NCBI GenBank assembly: GCA_005877075.1
Contig: VBPX01000030.1
Location: 9,227 to 73,226, forward strand
Direction of reading: 5' to 3'
Source of the DNA: Nitrososphaerota archaeon
GTDB lineage: Archaea > Thermoproteota > Nitrososphaeria > Nitrososphaerales > Nitrososphaeraceae
DNA: 64,000 nt
Part shown: piece by piece, positions 1 through 10,428 of the stretch
Numbering within the stretch: position 1 is the stretch's first letter
Layout: every line of letters starts with the position of its first letter
Notes under the pieces: generated by a model
Told to the model about the DNA's origin: nothing
Seen by the model: the letters and a program-made list of their open reading frames with translations, nothing else
The model's database searches: none
Program-made: the position numbers and the translations under genes

Positions 1-1305
1 CTTAAAATTTCAGATGAATTATTTCCCAGATTGCTTGTAGCAAGAAGAAACAGAGATGGTAAATTTATGGGTCCAAAAGGCAGAGTATTTGGACCTTTCG
101 TACATGGAAGCTCAAAATTTCTTGCCATAGGGTTATTGAGAAAAATTTTTAAAATTAGAATTTGTAATAGACTCCCAAAAAAACCTTGTCTTGAATATTT
201 CATAAATAATTGCGATGCTCCATGTATAAATAACGTTACTCAGAATAAATATATGGAAAGCGTTGAATCGCTTGTGAATATACTGCAAGGAAGAAAAAGT
301 ATTGATGACTTTATAGAAAAAATGAAAGAGGATATGAATAATGCTTCGTTAGGACTTGATTATGAAAAAGCAAAAGAAATTAGAGATACTGTAAATCGAC
401 TTGAGAACTTGAGATCAAAACAAAAAATTGAACAATCAATCAGTTCCAGATCTGAAGAGGAGTACGTTGGAATCCAGTATAACCGCCTACAATCTAAAGC
501 GCATATTTTGATTCTCAGGAGGTATCGTGGAGTTATTAGAGACAGGAAGAAATATGAATTTGAGTTAGTTGGTGATAACTCTTTTTCTAGTTTTCTGTCA
601 CAATATTATAATTCCAAGTCATCAGTGCCACGATTTATCTACGTTAACGAAGAACCAGATTCAAAGCAAGTACTTGAAAAGTCCTTAGAAAGGATCGCCT
701 CACATACAGTGAACATAATAAAAATATCTAATAGAACCGCTGTTGAAAGAAAACAATTGATGAACCTAATTGATAGAAATTTATCAACGTATATATCAAA
801 AGGTTATGAACCTGCGCTATTTGAGCTAAAAAGAATCCTGAATCTGGGATCACTTCCCAAAGTTATTGATTGCTTCGATATTTCAAATCTTGGTTTATCA
901 ATAGCAGTTGGCTCATGTGTTAGATTTGTCAATGGGATCCCTGAAAAATCATACTATAGAAGATTTAAAATAAGAACTGTAAGAGATCAAAATGATTTTG
1001 CGATGATTAATGAGATTGTTGGTCGCAGATATTCAAAAGAAGATAGATTGAATTTACCCGACTTAATATTAATCGATGGTGGAAAAGGTCAGCTTCATTC
1101 CGCATTCGATGCACTTTCAAAGTTAAACATTAAGATTCCCTGCATCTCAATTGCAAAAGAAAATGAAGAAATATTTGTGAATCCTTCTAATTCTCCAATA
1201 GTAATTCCAAAGAGCAACCAGTCACTCAAAATGTTGCAATACTTGAGAGACGAAGCTCATAGATTTGGACTTCAATACAATGTAAAGTTGCGTGATCTGC
1301 AATAA
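1..1305 (+). CDS. uvrC: Excinuclease ABC subunit C (UvrC), 5' end cut by window edge; ends soon after the RDEAHRF motif, no (HhH)2 tail visible
   Basis: Frame 1 is open from base 1. The translation carries UvrC-type blocks: Cys-rich NNCDAPCI region, UVR-like LDYEKAKEIRD, IDGGKGQL, LRDEAHRF. Confidence 0.85.
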   Translation, partial: LKISDELFPRLLVARRNRDGKFMGPKGRVFGPFVHGSSKFLAIGLLRKIFKIRICNRLPKKPCLEYFINNCDAPCINNVTQNKYMESVESLVNILQGRKSIDDFIEKMKEDMNNASLGLDYEKAKEIRDTVNRLENLRSKQKIEQSISSRSEEEYVGIQYNRLQSKAHILILRRYRGVIRDRKKYEFELVGDNSFSSFLSQYYNSKSSVPRFIYVNEEPDSKQVLEKSLERIASHTVNIIKISNRTAVERKQLMNLIDRNLSTYISKGYEPALFELKRILNLGSLPKVIDCFDISNLGLSIAVGSCVRFVNGIPEKSYYRRFKIRTVRDQNDFAMINEIVGRRYSKEDRLNLPDLILIDGGKGQLHSAFDALSKLNIKIPCISIAKENEEIFVNPSNSPIVIPKSNQSLKMLQYLRDEAHRFGLQYNVKLRDLQ

Positions 1306-1442
1306 ATTATATTGATGCAAACTGGCTTAGGAATCATTACGGTGACGTATAATTGAATGGATAATAAACTATTTAGTAAGTTACTAGTTAAGGTAATTCT
1401 AGTTTTGTCAACTATGAAAACTGGTGAGCAACGATTGCGTTA

Positions 1443-2267
1443 CTATCCTCTAACAGCTCCTAGTGTCAAACCTCTGATCATCCGCTTTTGGAAAAATAGC
1501 ATTAATACTACAACAGGAATTAGCGCAATGTTTATTCCTGCAGTCAGGTATCCCCAGTCTATTCTATATAGCGAAATGAACTGGTACAAGGCAACTTGAA
1601 AAAGCATGACATCTGGTTTATTAGACAGAACAATAGGTAATACGAACTCATTCCATGAAAATCTGAACGACAAGATGCCAGCTATTAGAAATCCTGGCAT
1701 GGATATGGGGACAATTATGTGCCAAAGTGCACGTAATCTTGAGCAGCCGTCGATTAGCGCAGCTTCCTCGAGTTCCTTTGGAATTGTTTCGAAATAATTC
1801 TTTAGTAGAAAGATGTTGAGTGGAATAATAAGGATCTGAAATGTCAATATCAGTGCAAGAAGAGAATTTAAAAGCCCAACATTGGCGAGCATTATGTATA
1901 AAGGTATAATGTTGATGACTACTGGTATCATGAATAATCCCATTATTGTGCTCATCAGCAAATTTTTTCCTTTAAATTCAAACCTTGCGAACGCGTAGCC
2001 TCCAAGTGCACTTACAGCTACGCTCAATGCAGTACTTGCTATACTTACTAACAGACTATTGAAAAGGCTTGTCACAAGTTTTGGATCAGTAAGGACAAAG
2101 AGATAATTGTCCAAAGTAGGATTGTCCGGTAAAAATTTTGGAGGAAAGCTTATTGCTTCTTCATTTGGTTTGAAAGAGGTTGAAAGAACCCACATGAGTG
2201 GAGCCAATGTAATGAAGAGATAAACTGCAACAGTGGAATATAATAGGGTCTTTTCAAACAGGATCAT
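1443..2267 (-). CDS. ABC transporter permease, carbohydrate (MalG/UgpE-like) type
   Basis: 274-aa multi-TM ORF with an EAA-loop-like block ELEEAALIDGCSRLRALWHIIVP. Confidence 0.85.
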   Translation of the reverse strand: MILFEKTLLYSTVAVYLFITLAPLMWVLSTSFKPNEEAISFPPKFLPDNPTLDNYLFVLTDPKLVTSLFNSLLVSIASTALSVAVSALGGYAFARFEFKGKNLLMSTIMGLFMIPVVINIIPLYIMLANVGLLNSLLALILTFQILIIPLNIFLLKNYFETIPKELEEAALIDGCSRLRALWHIIVPISMPGFLIAGILSFRFSWNEFVLPIVLSNKPDVMLFQVALYQFISLYRIDWGYLTAGINIALIPVVVLMLFFQKRMIRGLTLGAVRG

Positions 2268-2374
2268 TTGGTGGTCCTCCTCTATAATGGAAATTGATAG
2301 TGAAATTCAATCGAATCTTAGTAATCAGAATGAAATTTTTAAGGATATCGAATGTATGAAAATTCAATTATTTT

Positions 2375-3247
2375 CTATTGCCTCCTAAAAAGTCTGATAT
2401 AAGAAAAAGCTAAAATCAAGTTTATACCAATCATGATAAATCCTGCAGCGGCGCCCTTTGATAATAACCCAAACTCAAAAGCTTGTCTGTACATATAGAG
2501 CGATGAAGTAGTACTTGAGAACAATGGTCCTCCGTTTGTCATGACAAGAATTAGATCAAAGAAGTTTACCGACCACATAGTGATAAGTATAAGATTTATG
2601 AGAATGAAAGGTCTAAGCAACGGAAGTGTTATGTAAAAAAAACTTTTAATTTTCGTTGCTCCATCTATGCGAGCTGCTTCATAAACTAGCGGGTTTATCG
2701 AAAAGAGTCCCGCCGTCAAAAATATCACAGTAAATGGGGTTCCATGCCACATATTTGCGATTACTAGTGTCCATACTACTGTTCCCGGATCTGATAACCA
2801 AGCAACAGGATTTAATCCCATTTGCCCAAGACCGTAATTTAAAACTCCAAAACTATCATTAAAAATAAACTTGAATGAAAAACCAGTTATTACTGCGGAA
2901 ACTGTCCATGGTATTATGAACAAAGCACGCAAAGTATTAGACCCCCTAATTTCTTGATTCAATACTACTGCGAGGACCATTCCAACAAAAAACTGAATAG
3001 CCACGGATCCTCCGACAAATACTAGACTTACCTGAAGTGACTTATGAAAATCAGGATCGTATAAAAGGTTTGAGAAATTTTTGATCCCAACATACTTCCA
3101 TCCTCCCAGGATGGTAGTGAGAGATACATCATGTACCGAAAGATATATGTTCCAAATGAGTGGAAACAGAAGAAATGCAATTAATATCGAAAGTGCTGGT
3201 AGTAAGAGCAAGTATGGCTGTAGCTTCTGAGTTCTGAGCTGCAGCAT
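2375..3247 (-). CDS. ABC transporter permease, carbohydrate (MalF/UgpA-like) type
   Basis: 290-aa multi-TM ORF with EAA-loop block YEAARIDGATKIKSFFYITLP, directly downstream of the binding-protein gene. Confidence 0.85.
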   Translation of the reverse strand: MLQLRTQKLQPYLLLLPALSILIAFLLFPLIWNIYLSVHDVSLTTILGGWKYVGIKNFSNLLYDPDFHKSLQVSLVFVGGSVAIQFFVGMVLAVVLNQEIRGSNTLRALFIIPWTVSAVITGFSFKFIFNDSFGVLNYGLGQMGLNPVAWLSDPGTVVWTLVIANMWHGTPFTVIFLTAGLFSINPLVYEAARIDGATKIKSFFYITLPLLRPFILINLILITMWSVNFFDLILVMTNGGPLFSSTTSSLYMYRQAFEFGLLSKGAAAGFIMIGINLILAFSYIRLFRRQ

Positions 3248-3300
3248 GACTACCAGTCGTTTAAGTTAATATAAAAAAAACACGTACTTGACAGCGTCAC

Positions 3301-4698
3301 CTAGGACCAACCAAGTACTTGTGCAGATTTTTTGGCAGCATCGTCTAAGGCCTGTTTTGGTTCCTTTACACCAAGATACACTTCATCAATGGCCTGTCTT
3401 ATGTTATCAGCTATCTGTGGGTACTCTGCAATGCTGGGTCTACTATGTCCCATGGATAGCATAGAAATGAGTTGTTCGTAATACGGTATTGTAGAATTAA
3501 GTTGAGTCGAATACGTACCTTCGGCTATTGGTTTTTGAGTGGGAAGGTAGCCGTATTTCTCCAGCATTGGAGCCAGCACGTCTGGTTGTACCATTATTGT
3601 GAGTAATTCCCACGAAAGAGCTTTATTTGAGGAAGTTTCCGGTATTGCGAGCATCCATCCACCCATCATTGTCGCGCTAGCGTCACCTTCTTTGGGAACC
3701 GGAAACATGGGAATCATGCCAACGTTCTTATCAAGATTTTTCCATTCACTCCGTGGAAAATGTCCCAGTAACCAAGATCCTTCGAGCATCACAGCAAATT
3801 TCTTATCTGCAAACTCCTGCCCCCAGAAGTGAGTAATCTGAGGTTTTATTCCCGCCCTTACTTGATCCCTCAAAAATTCAAGTGCTTTCACACCTTCTGT
3901 ACTATTGTAAGCAGGAAACCAGTATGTTCCTTTCTGTGGATGTCCACTTTTTTGTTCGACTATTTTTCCACCAAGCATCCAAAGATATGGATACCACATA
4001 TCTGGAGAATGGCTGGCACCCACAAGATGTATGGGTTGAATTCCCTTGTCTTTAAATGAATTCTCCATTTTCTTGGCTGCTTGAATGTATCCATTCCATG
4101 TTTTCAGAGAATCAGGATTAACCCCACTTTGATTTAATAAATCCTTCCAGTACCACATGCTCCTTACGTCGGTCCATGCCCATATTCCATATACTTTACC
4201 GTTGTAGATACCTCCATCCCAATTTGTTTTAAACCAATCTGATGATCTGTTCCACGACTGTACCAAATTTGATAGATCTGAAAGAAACTTCCCCTGAGCA
4301 AACTCACCAAGCCAAATCTGATCTACGGAAATGAGATCAATTGGGGTTCTTCCGGCCATAGCAGTCAAAATTTGCTTTCGGGTATCTGCGTATGGTAACA
4401 CTCTATAATCAATATTTATTGTCATGTCCGGGTGTCGTTCTCTTAGTTTGGCTAGCGCATCGGCAAACAAAGTATCCCATCTATCTTTAGGTTCTGCCAC
4501 TATGGCTGTTAGTGTGACTTGTCTCGGTTGTTGTGCTTGAGCGATAGTAAATGGGGTCAAGCTTGGTGCTATCAAAATGACGAGTATTAATCCTAATATC
4601 AAAATGAGTTTGAAATTCATGCTAAAGTATCCGTAAGACATATTTCCAGCAGAACCCTCCGTAAACGAATAGTCCCTGAAGGAATTAGATTTGCTCAT
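3301..4698 (-). CDS. ABC transporter extracellular solute-binding protein (sugar type)
   Basis: 465-aa ORF with signal/anchor MNFKLILILGLILVILIAP (probable true start at 4620). W/Y-rich periplasmic-binding-protein-like body, first gene of the binding-protein/permease/permease unit. Confidence 0.8.
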   Translation of the reverse strand: MSKSNSFRDYSFTEGSAGNMSYGYFSMNFKLILILGLILVILIAPSLTPFTIAQAQQPRQVTLTAIVAEPKDRWDTLFADALAKLRERHPDMTINIDYRVLPYADTRKQILTAMAGRTPIDLISVDQIWLGEFAQGKFLSDLSNLVQSWNRSSDWFKTNWDGGIYNGKVYGIWAWTDVRSMWYWKDLLNQSGVNPDSLKTWNGYIQAAKKMENSFKDKGIQPIHLVGASHSPDMWYPYLWMLGGKIVEQKSGHPQKGTYWFPAYNSTEGVKALEFLRDQVRAGIKPQITHFWGQEFADKKFAVMLEGSWLLGHFPRSEWKNLDKNVGMIPMFPVPKEGDASATMMGGWMLAIPETSSNKALSWELLTIMVQPDVLAPMLEKYGYLPTQKPIAEGTYSTQLNSTIPYYEQLISMLSMGHSRPSIAEYPQIADNIRQAIDEVYLGVKEPKQALDDAAKKSAQVLGWS

Positions 4699-5055
4699 TG
4701 TTCATATTTGGAATTTAATGCTTTTTAAGCATTGGCTAATTTCTGACCATTTATTCTTTATTGATTCCTGTCTTTACTAGAGTGATATTATTGTCCCTTC
4801 TTACAGGGGTTTCAAGTCTCCTTCCAAGGAGTACTTGTATTTGCTACGACAAACTTGTAGGTATTTACAAGATTGGTGTGTTTTAGCATAAAAATTCCAG
4901 CAATTAAGTTCAGTTATCAAAATGATCAAATTTCTTCATAGGTCCTTGTTCCTATACTTGATTGCAAATTACCAGTATCGTATTTCAGCTGTAGGATGAG
5001 GAATCAAAATTAATATGATATGCAAATGAAGACATCTCAAGTAGCAACGGTTATT

Positions 5056-6183
5056 ATGACAACACTTAGTATAAGAAATCTAACAAAAAGATATGGGAAT
5101 GTAACTGCATTAGAAAAATTTTCTCTGGAGATACGCTCAGGTGAGTTTATGGTACTTCTTGGACCGTCTTGATGTGGAAAGACTACGGTATTAAGATGTA
5201 TTGCGGGTTTGACCAGTGTCACCGGTGGAGAGATTTACATTGGAGGGGAGTTAGTGAATGAACTTCCCCCAAAAGATCGCGATGTAGCTATGGTATTTCA
5301 GAATTATTCTCTTTATCCCCATATGGATGTGTATGATAACATTGCTTTTCCACTAAAGATGAGAAAAACCGAAAAAAAACAGATAAATGAAAGAGTCCAA
5401 AACATTGCAAATCTTCTTAACATAAGTAATCTGCTCAAAAGAAAACCCAAGGAGATCAGTGGAGGTCAGATGCAGAGAGTAGCACTTGGTAGAGCCTTGG
5501 TGAGAGAACCAAAAATTTTCTTGATGGATGAGCCTCTAAGCAACCTTGATGCCAAATTACGTACAGATATGAGGGTAGAGATAAAGAAATTGCAGAAAAA
5601 AGTAGGGATAACAACACTCTACATTACACATGACCAGATTGAAGCAATGAGCATGGCCGACAATATTGGGATTATGGACGCCGGAAAACTAAACCAGATT
5701 GATACTCCAGAGAATGTATACAAAGAACCCACTAATCAATTTGTAGCAGGTTTTATAGGGATACCTCCTATGAATTTCTTAGAAGTTAAGATAGTTAGGG
5801 AAAATGCCATGTTTCTCAAACTTGTAACGGATAGTACTTATCAACAAGATAATAGAATTAAGATAAAGGCACCGGATATACTTGCTACAAGTCTATTCAA
5901 CGCAGAGAAAACAATAATCCTAGGCATAAGGCCAAAAGACATCGTAGTGTTGAGAAATGATCAAGAATTTGATGGTTTAAAATTAAAGGGAGAGGTAACA
6001 TTCATAGAAATGCTAGGTGACGATTCAATAGCAGAAGTTAAAATAGGTCAGAATTCACTAAAAATATCTAATATAGCTTACAGTATTGACAATCTCATTA
6101 TAGGAAAGGAAGTCATTCTGGGCTTAAAGTATGACAAAATATACTTCTTTACGAATAGGGGTCAGAGGGTTGACTGTTCATGA
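5056..6183 (+). pseudogene. ABC transporter ATP-binding protein (MalK/UgpC-like) interrupted by an in-frame TGA in the Walker A motif
   Basis: From ATG 5056 the frame reads ...FMVLLGPS-TGA(5170..5172)-CGKTTVLRCIAGL and continues in frame into ORF 5209..6183. That ORF has ISGGQMQRVALGRAL, IFLMDEPLSNLD, ITHDQ and a C-terminal regulatory domain. Confidence 0.8.
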
Positions 6184-6425
6184 AGAGAATGATCAGCTTG
6201 ACGTGGACTCTACTTATAAAGGAAAAATCTCCTACTATGTAGGAATTGCTAATCGCTTATATTTTTAGTTACAAAAAGCATGAGCATTGCAATGTTTAGC
6301 AAAATCTATACAACTGCAAGTCTCTCCTTTGACTACAACCTCTACTCTCTTTAAGATTGTGTTTGTTACCATGCAAAAGAAATTTTTAATAATGACAAAC
6401 TGCTATTTAGAGCATATCTATTAAA

Positions 6426-6833
6426 ATGATGAGTGTCTATAAAATCTCTGCAGTAACGTTATTAATTAAGGATATGGAAAGGTCTTGTAATTTCTATTCC
6501 AAAATACCAGGCTTTAAGCTAGTCTATGGGGGCTCACCTGCTGATAATTTTACGTCATACAAAATAGGCGAAAGTAATGGTTTCTATTTAAATTTAGAGT
6601 TATTTATGGACTCCATAGATAGTCAAGATTATGAAAGAAGGTATTTTGGAAAAATTATCTTTTATACTGAAGATGTTGACAAATTGTACTTTCATTTCAG
6701 GAAGAATAGAAGCATTTCAGAACTAATATTATTTGAAAATGAACCATCGAATGCTTCATGGGGTGAGAGGTATTTCCACATACGCGATCCAGACGGATAC
6801 CTGCTTTCATTCGCAATGCCACTAATAAATTAG
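6426..6833 (+). CDS. VOC/glyoxalase-bleomycin resistance family protein
   Basis: 135 aa. N-terminal beta-alpha-beta block (ISAVTLLIKDMERSCNFYSKIPGF) and C-terminal WGERYFHIRDPDGYLLSF are typical of the VOC fold. Confidence 0.7.
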   Translation: MMSVYKISAVTLLIKDMERSCNFYSKIPGFKLVYGGSPADNFTSYKIGESNGFYLNLELFMDSIDSQDYERRYFGKIIFYTEDVDKLYFHFRKNRSISELILFENEPSNASWGERYFHIRDPDGYLLSFAMPLIN

Positions 6834-6954
6834 ATCACATTTTAATATGATATATGTTACTAATTTATTCGACTATTTGATAGTTTAACCAATCTGTATA
6901 AAACTTATCACCCGATGTAATAATCTACAAAATCAAGCTGTATTAAATTGAATT

Positions 6955-7191
6955 CTATTGCACATGACTTTTTCTGTATGGTCCTCGTGTTCTCTTTCGC
7001 GCCTTCTCATCCTCTACTATCCTTCTCAGCAAATCTGATTCCAAATCGAGAGAGTTTAAATCAGTTGTTCTATTTTGATTTTTCTTGTTACTCCATTTAT
7101 CCTCTTTGCTTTTACCTTTATTGTTATTATTTTTACGTATCATATTATTATAAGTGAGTAATATATTAATAATGTTTCTAAGATTTAGCAT
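6955..7191 (-). CDS. Hypothetical small basic protein
   Basis: 78-aa Lys/Asn/Arg-rich ORF. It is more protein-like than the overlapping plus-strand ORF, but has no recognisable family. Confidence 0.3.
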   Translation of the reverse strand: MLNLRNIINILLTYNNMIRKNNNNKGKSKEDKWSNKKNQNRTTDLNSLDLESDLLRRIVEDEKARKRTRGPYRKSHVQ

Positions 7192-7636
7192 TGAATTTAA
7201 AATGATTACTATTATGATTATGTAATAAGTAACAAGGGAAATCCAACTAGTCCATAAAAAATGTTAGTAAAAATTACAATAGCAACATGGAGTAAAATAT
7301 GGTCATCGCCACAGCATTAACTCCACCAAATGCAACGTACTTTAGTTTTCTAGAGGAAGTGAAGCGTTTTTCTTTAATTTTGTTGTGTTTTTCTACCATA
7401 CATATACATTAGATGCCAAATTAAAAAGGATTTTTCCAAATTAGATCCAGATTGGAATTCAAAATAATAATTTGAACAAGAAATAACTGGCCATGGTTTT
7501 TGTGTAAGAAAGGTCACTTGATAATAAAATTTGGTATAAAAATTGGTTTGGTTAGACTGACTATTGTCTTTTAATTTGTACTTTGCCTTTGGACTCTGAC
7601 AACCTGTGATTAGTAGAATTCTGGAATCAGATTCGT

Positions 7637-9016
7637 TCACATAACAACTGCGGCTCTTGCGATGACCTCTGAGAGTGCTGGATGTACGTGAGTAGTCTTT
7701 GAGATGTTGTCGATGCTACCATCACCGCTTTTCATTGCCACGAGAACTTCATGAATGAGTACTGAGGCATTGTTTCCGATGATATGACAGCCAAGAATTT
7801 TTCTGTTTTCTTTGTTGACCAAAAATTTTACGAATCCATCTCTGTCTTCTATAGCTCTCCCCATTGCAGTATCAATATAATGATAAACAGATTTGACATA
7901 GTCTTTCTTATTCCATTGTTTCAATTCTTGTTCTCTATAGCCTACTCCTGCTACTTGCGGTGAACTAAAAATTGCATGTGGCATTGCAGTATAATCTACG
8001 GGAATTTTTTTCTTGTAATTTAAAATGTTGTAATAAGCATATTGGGCCTCTAAATTTGCACTATGTCTGAACTGATAGCGACCTATTATGTCACCAAGAG
8101 CAAAGATTCCGGCTATATTGGTTTCAAGTGTTTTATTCACATTAATGTATCCTTCCTTGTTAACCTTTACTCCCGTCTTTACCAAATCAAGGATGTCTGA
8201 ATTTGGAATCCGCCCTGTTGCTACTAAAAGTTGATCACATTCAATTTCCAGTAGCTTACTAGAATGCCTTTTTTTTACAGAAATGATGATTTTCCCATTC
8301 TTCTTTGTTACTAATTGTGGTTCACATCCTAAATACAAATTGTATTTTTTGGAGAAGATCTCGGTGAACCTTTTTGAAATTTCTGAATCTTCATCAGGTA
8401 TCAATGCCTCTCTGTGCTGAATTATGTTGATTTCTGTTCCGAGTGACCCAAAAAAGTGGCTCAGCTCAGCAGCTATATATCCGCCACCTAAAATTGTTAA
8501 GATTCGGGGTTGTTTATCCAGACGCAGAGCCTCATCGCTTGTAATGTAATTGCTTGTTTCCAGTCCCTTTATTTTTGGTATTTCGGGCCTAGTCCCAGCT
8601 GCAATTAGAAACTTATTGCCTTTTAATTTCTCTTTCCCTACCAAAATAGTCTTTTCTGCAACAAACTTGCAGTTTATTGGAAACAATTTAGGATTTTCTA
8701 TATCTGCAAAGGCACTTGCGATACCATCTGAATCCGTATCAATTATTCCATTCACCCTATCCACTATTTTTTTGAAATCAATGGAAAATTTCTCTACGTT
8801 TATCCCGAATATATGCCCCATCTTTACTATTTCGGCCACATCTGCGCTGTGCAGTAGAAGTTTGGATGGAATACACCCTCTGTTCAGACACGTGCCTCCC
8901 ATTTTGCTTTTTTCAACAATTGCTACTTTCAATCCACTTTGAGCCGCTGCATTGGCAACTTCTAGGCCAGCACCACTCCCAATAACTATAAGTTCATATT
9001 CTTTCATTTTTTTCAT
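7637..9016 (-). CDS. Class I pyridine nucleotide-disulfide oxidoreductase (dihydrolipoyl dehydrogenase / flavoprotein disulfide reductase family)
   Basis: 459 aa with GSGAGL FAD motif, redox-active GGTCLNRGCIPSK, second Rossmann GGGYIAAE, and C-terminal interface HVHPALSEV. Confidence 0.8.
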   Translation of the reverse strand: MKKMKEYELIVIGSGAGLEVANAAAQSGLKVAIVEKSKMGGTCLNRGCIPSKLLLHSADVAEIVKMGHIFGINVEKFSIDFKKIVDRVNGIIDTDSDGIASAFADIENPKLFPINCKFVAEKTILVGKEKLKGNKFLIAAGTRPEIPKIKGLETSNYITSDEALRLDKQPRILTILGGGYIAAELSHFFGSLGTEINIIQHREALIPDEDSEISKRFTEIFSKKYNLYLGCEPQLVTKKNGKIIISVKKRHSSKLLEIECDQLLVATGRIPNSDILDLVKTGVKVNKEGYINVNKTLETNIAGIFALGDIIGRYQFRHSANLEAQYAYYNILNYKKKIPVDYTAMPHAIFSSPQVAGVGYREQELKQWNKKDYVKSVYHYIDTAMGRAIEDRDGFVKFLVNKENRKILGCHIIGNNASVLIHEVLVAMKSGDGSIDNISKTTHVHPALSEVIARAAVVM

Positions 9017-9204
9017 TCCAATGAAATATGTTTCAATGCGTCATAATACCACAGGTCTGTATATATGATTTAAAATTTATTTTTATATCTTTTTGATTTC
9101 ACCAATATTTGTAAACGTACGCTAAAAAAAGTAGAGTGAATTCATGATTGATTTTTTTTAGAGAATTTTCTAATATCTCATTACCTTGTTTTGGAACCTT
9201 ATAT

Positions 9205-9690
9205 TTATTTTGTTTGGATTGGAAAGATTTCATTTATCCTGCAAATTCGATGGTCCATATGAAATAGTGAATAATTTTTGAAGATATATTTCCCTGGCAC
9301 ATAACCTATTTCTGTAATTTTTTTAAATATTTCCAATTGGTGGTAAAGGATTATTTTCCCGATACCTTTTTTACATTCCCTTATTTCTTCTAATACATCA
9401 AAAGGCATTTTTCTAGAATAGATTTTGGAATTTGCGTAAGCCAAAATATCATTTGTTGAAGAAATTATACAGGACTTGCGTTTAATAATATCCCTTTCTT
9501 CAATCTGGGATAGTACTCTAATTTGTGTTTTGGTATTATTCAATATATCTAGAAGTTGCTGAGTATTGCCTAAATCAATTAATAGAATCCTTTGAACTAG
9601 ATCGAATTTCTGATCCGATATTTCCTCTAGCTTGTAAATATCATCAATTGTGATAAGATGATGATTTTTGACATTAAATATTTGAGGCAT
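9205..9690 (-). CDS. Hypothetical protein, possibly chorismate-lyase/DUF98-like
   Basis: 161-aa ORF, last gene of a three-gene unit. The block RILLIDLGNTQQLLDIL weakly resembles the TDGS-T-x-x-LE block of DUF98 proteins. Confidence 0.45.
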   Translation of the reverse strand: MPQIFNVKNHHLITIDDIYKLEEISDQKFDLVQRILLIDLGNTQQLLDILNNTKTQIRVLSQIEERDIIKRKSCIISSTNDILAYANSKIYSRKMPFDVLEEIRECKKGIGKIILYHQLEIFKKITEIGYVPGKYIFKNYSLFHMDHRICRINEIFPIQTK

Positions 9691-9714
9691 CCTAATTGAT
9701 AATCAGATCGAAAA

Positions 9715-10428
9715 TTAAAAGGTGATCTGGAAGACCCGGAAAAATAAAAATGTAATTGAAAATAAAATAGTCGTCAGGCTTATTATTTTTAATCTTGATT
9801 CCAGGCTTTTAGAACTGACCAAGTCATGAACTCGTTTAAACTCTTTATATTTTCTTGAAAGATTTATCTCAAAATATGAGATTGCAAAAGCTACTAGAGA
9901 TAATAATATAGGAGTATAGGACAAAGAATTTGTCTGCATGACATATCCTGCCAGTAGAGGCAAGCTGCCCCATGAAATTGCAAACCAAACATTGTTGTGA
10001 AATAAGCCATTCCATAATTCATAGTTATATGCAAATAAAAAAAATCCTTCCAGAATTGCAATTGGTAATAAGAGTGGAACAAAAAAGAGGATATAGTAAG
10101 CACCTATTACATATGCTGTAGCTACTCCGGCAACGATCATTATTAGTAATTCGGTACTCGAAAAATAATTCCCCCATGGCTTATTTTTTTTTGATCCCAT
10201 ACTATCTGCAGCATGTGCAGAAATACCTAGAGCAGTAAAGTAGATTATAATAATTGCAACCATTCGATCCCATGCTATTGTTGATGGAGCTAGCAAAGAA
10301 CCTATTATTGAAAATGAAATACACATTCCCGTATATGGAAGAAACATCATACCAACAAAGATTCTAAATCTCAGTGGCCCAAACTGTGGAACAAACCATT
10401 CATTAATGCGGGTTGCTTGCTCTTTCAT
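9715..10428 (-). CDS. Integral membrane protein, unknown family (about 7-8 TM helices)
   Basis: 237-aa highly hydrophobic ORF. Its start overlaps the stop of the upstream methyltransferase by 4 nt. No UbiA-type Asp-rich motifs seen. Confidence 0.6.
   Translation of the reverse strand: MKEQATRINEWFVPQFGPLRFRIFVGMMFLPYTGMCISFSIIGSLLAPSTIAWDRMVAIIIIYFTALGISAHAADSMGSKKNKPWGNYFSSTELLIMIVAGVATAYVIGAYYILFFVPLLLPIAILEGFFLFAYNYELWNGLFHNNVWFAISWGSLPLLAGYVMQTNSLSYTPILLSLVAFAISYFEINLSRKYKEFKRVHDLVSSKSLESRLKIISLTTILFSITFLFFRVFQITF

Noticed and set aside
5170-5172. TGA in the ABC ATPase as selenocysteine or programmed read-through
   Set aside because: The codon replaces the structurally required Walker-A glycine, not a redox Cys position. 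Nothing in the context suggests a selenoprotein. A nonsense mutation or base error is far more likely.
6265-6372. 35-codon Cys-rich micro-ORF (MVTNTILKRVEVVVKGETCSCIDFAKHCNAHAFCN) on the minus strand
   Set aside because: The Cys/His spacing caught my eye as possible metal binding. The ORF is short enough to arise by chance, and I cannot test conservation.
6948-7157. 69-aa plus-strand ORF
   Set aside because: The Phe/Tyr/Cys/Ser-rich translation looks non-biological. The minus-strand partner was kept as a low-confidence hypothetical instead.
7374-7640. 88-aa ORF with a GTG start overlapping the stop of the disulfide reductase gene
   Set aside because: The GTGA overlap is suggestive, but the translation (Tyr/Phe/Gln/Ser-rich, no motifs) looks like random AT-rich sequence. 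It is not supportable without conservation data.
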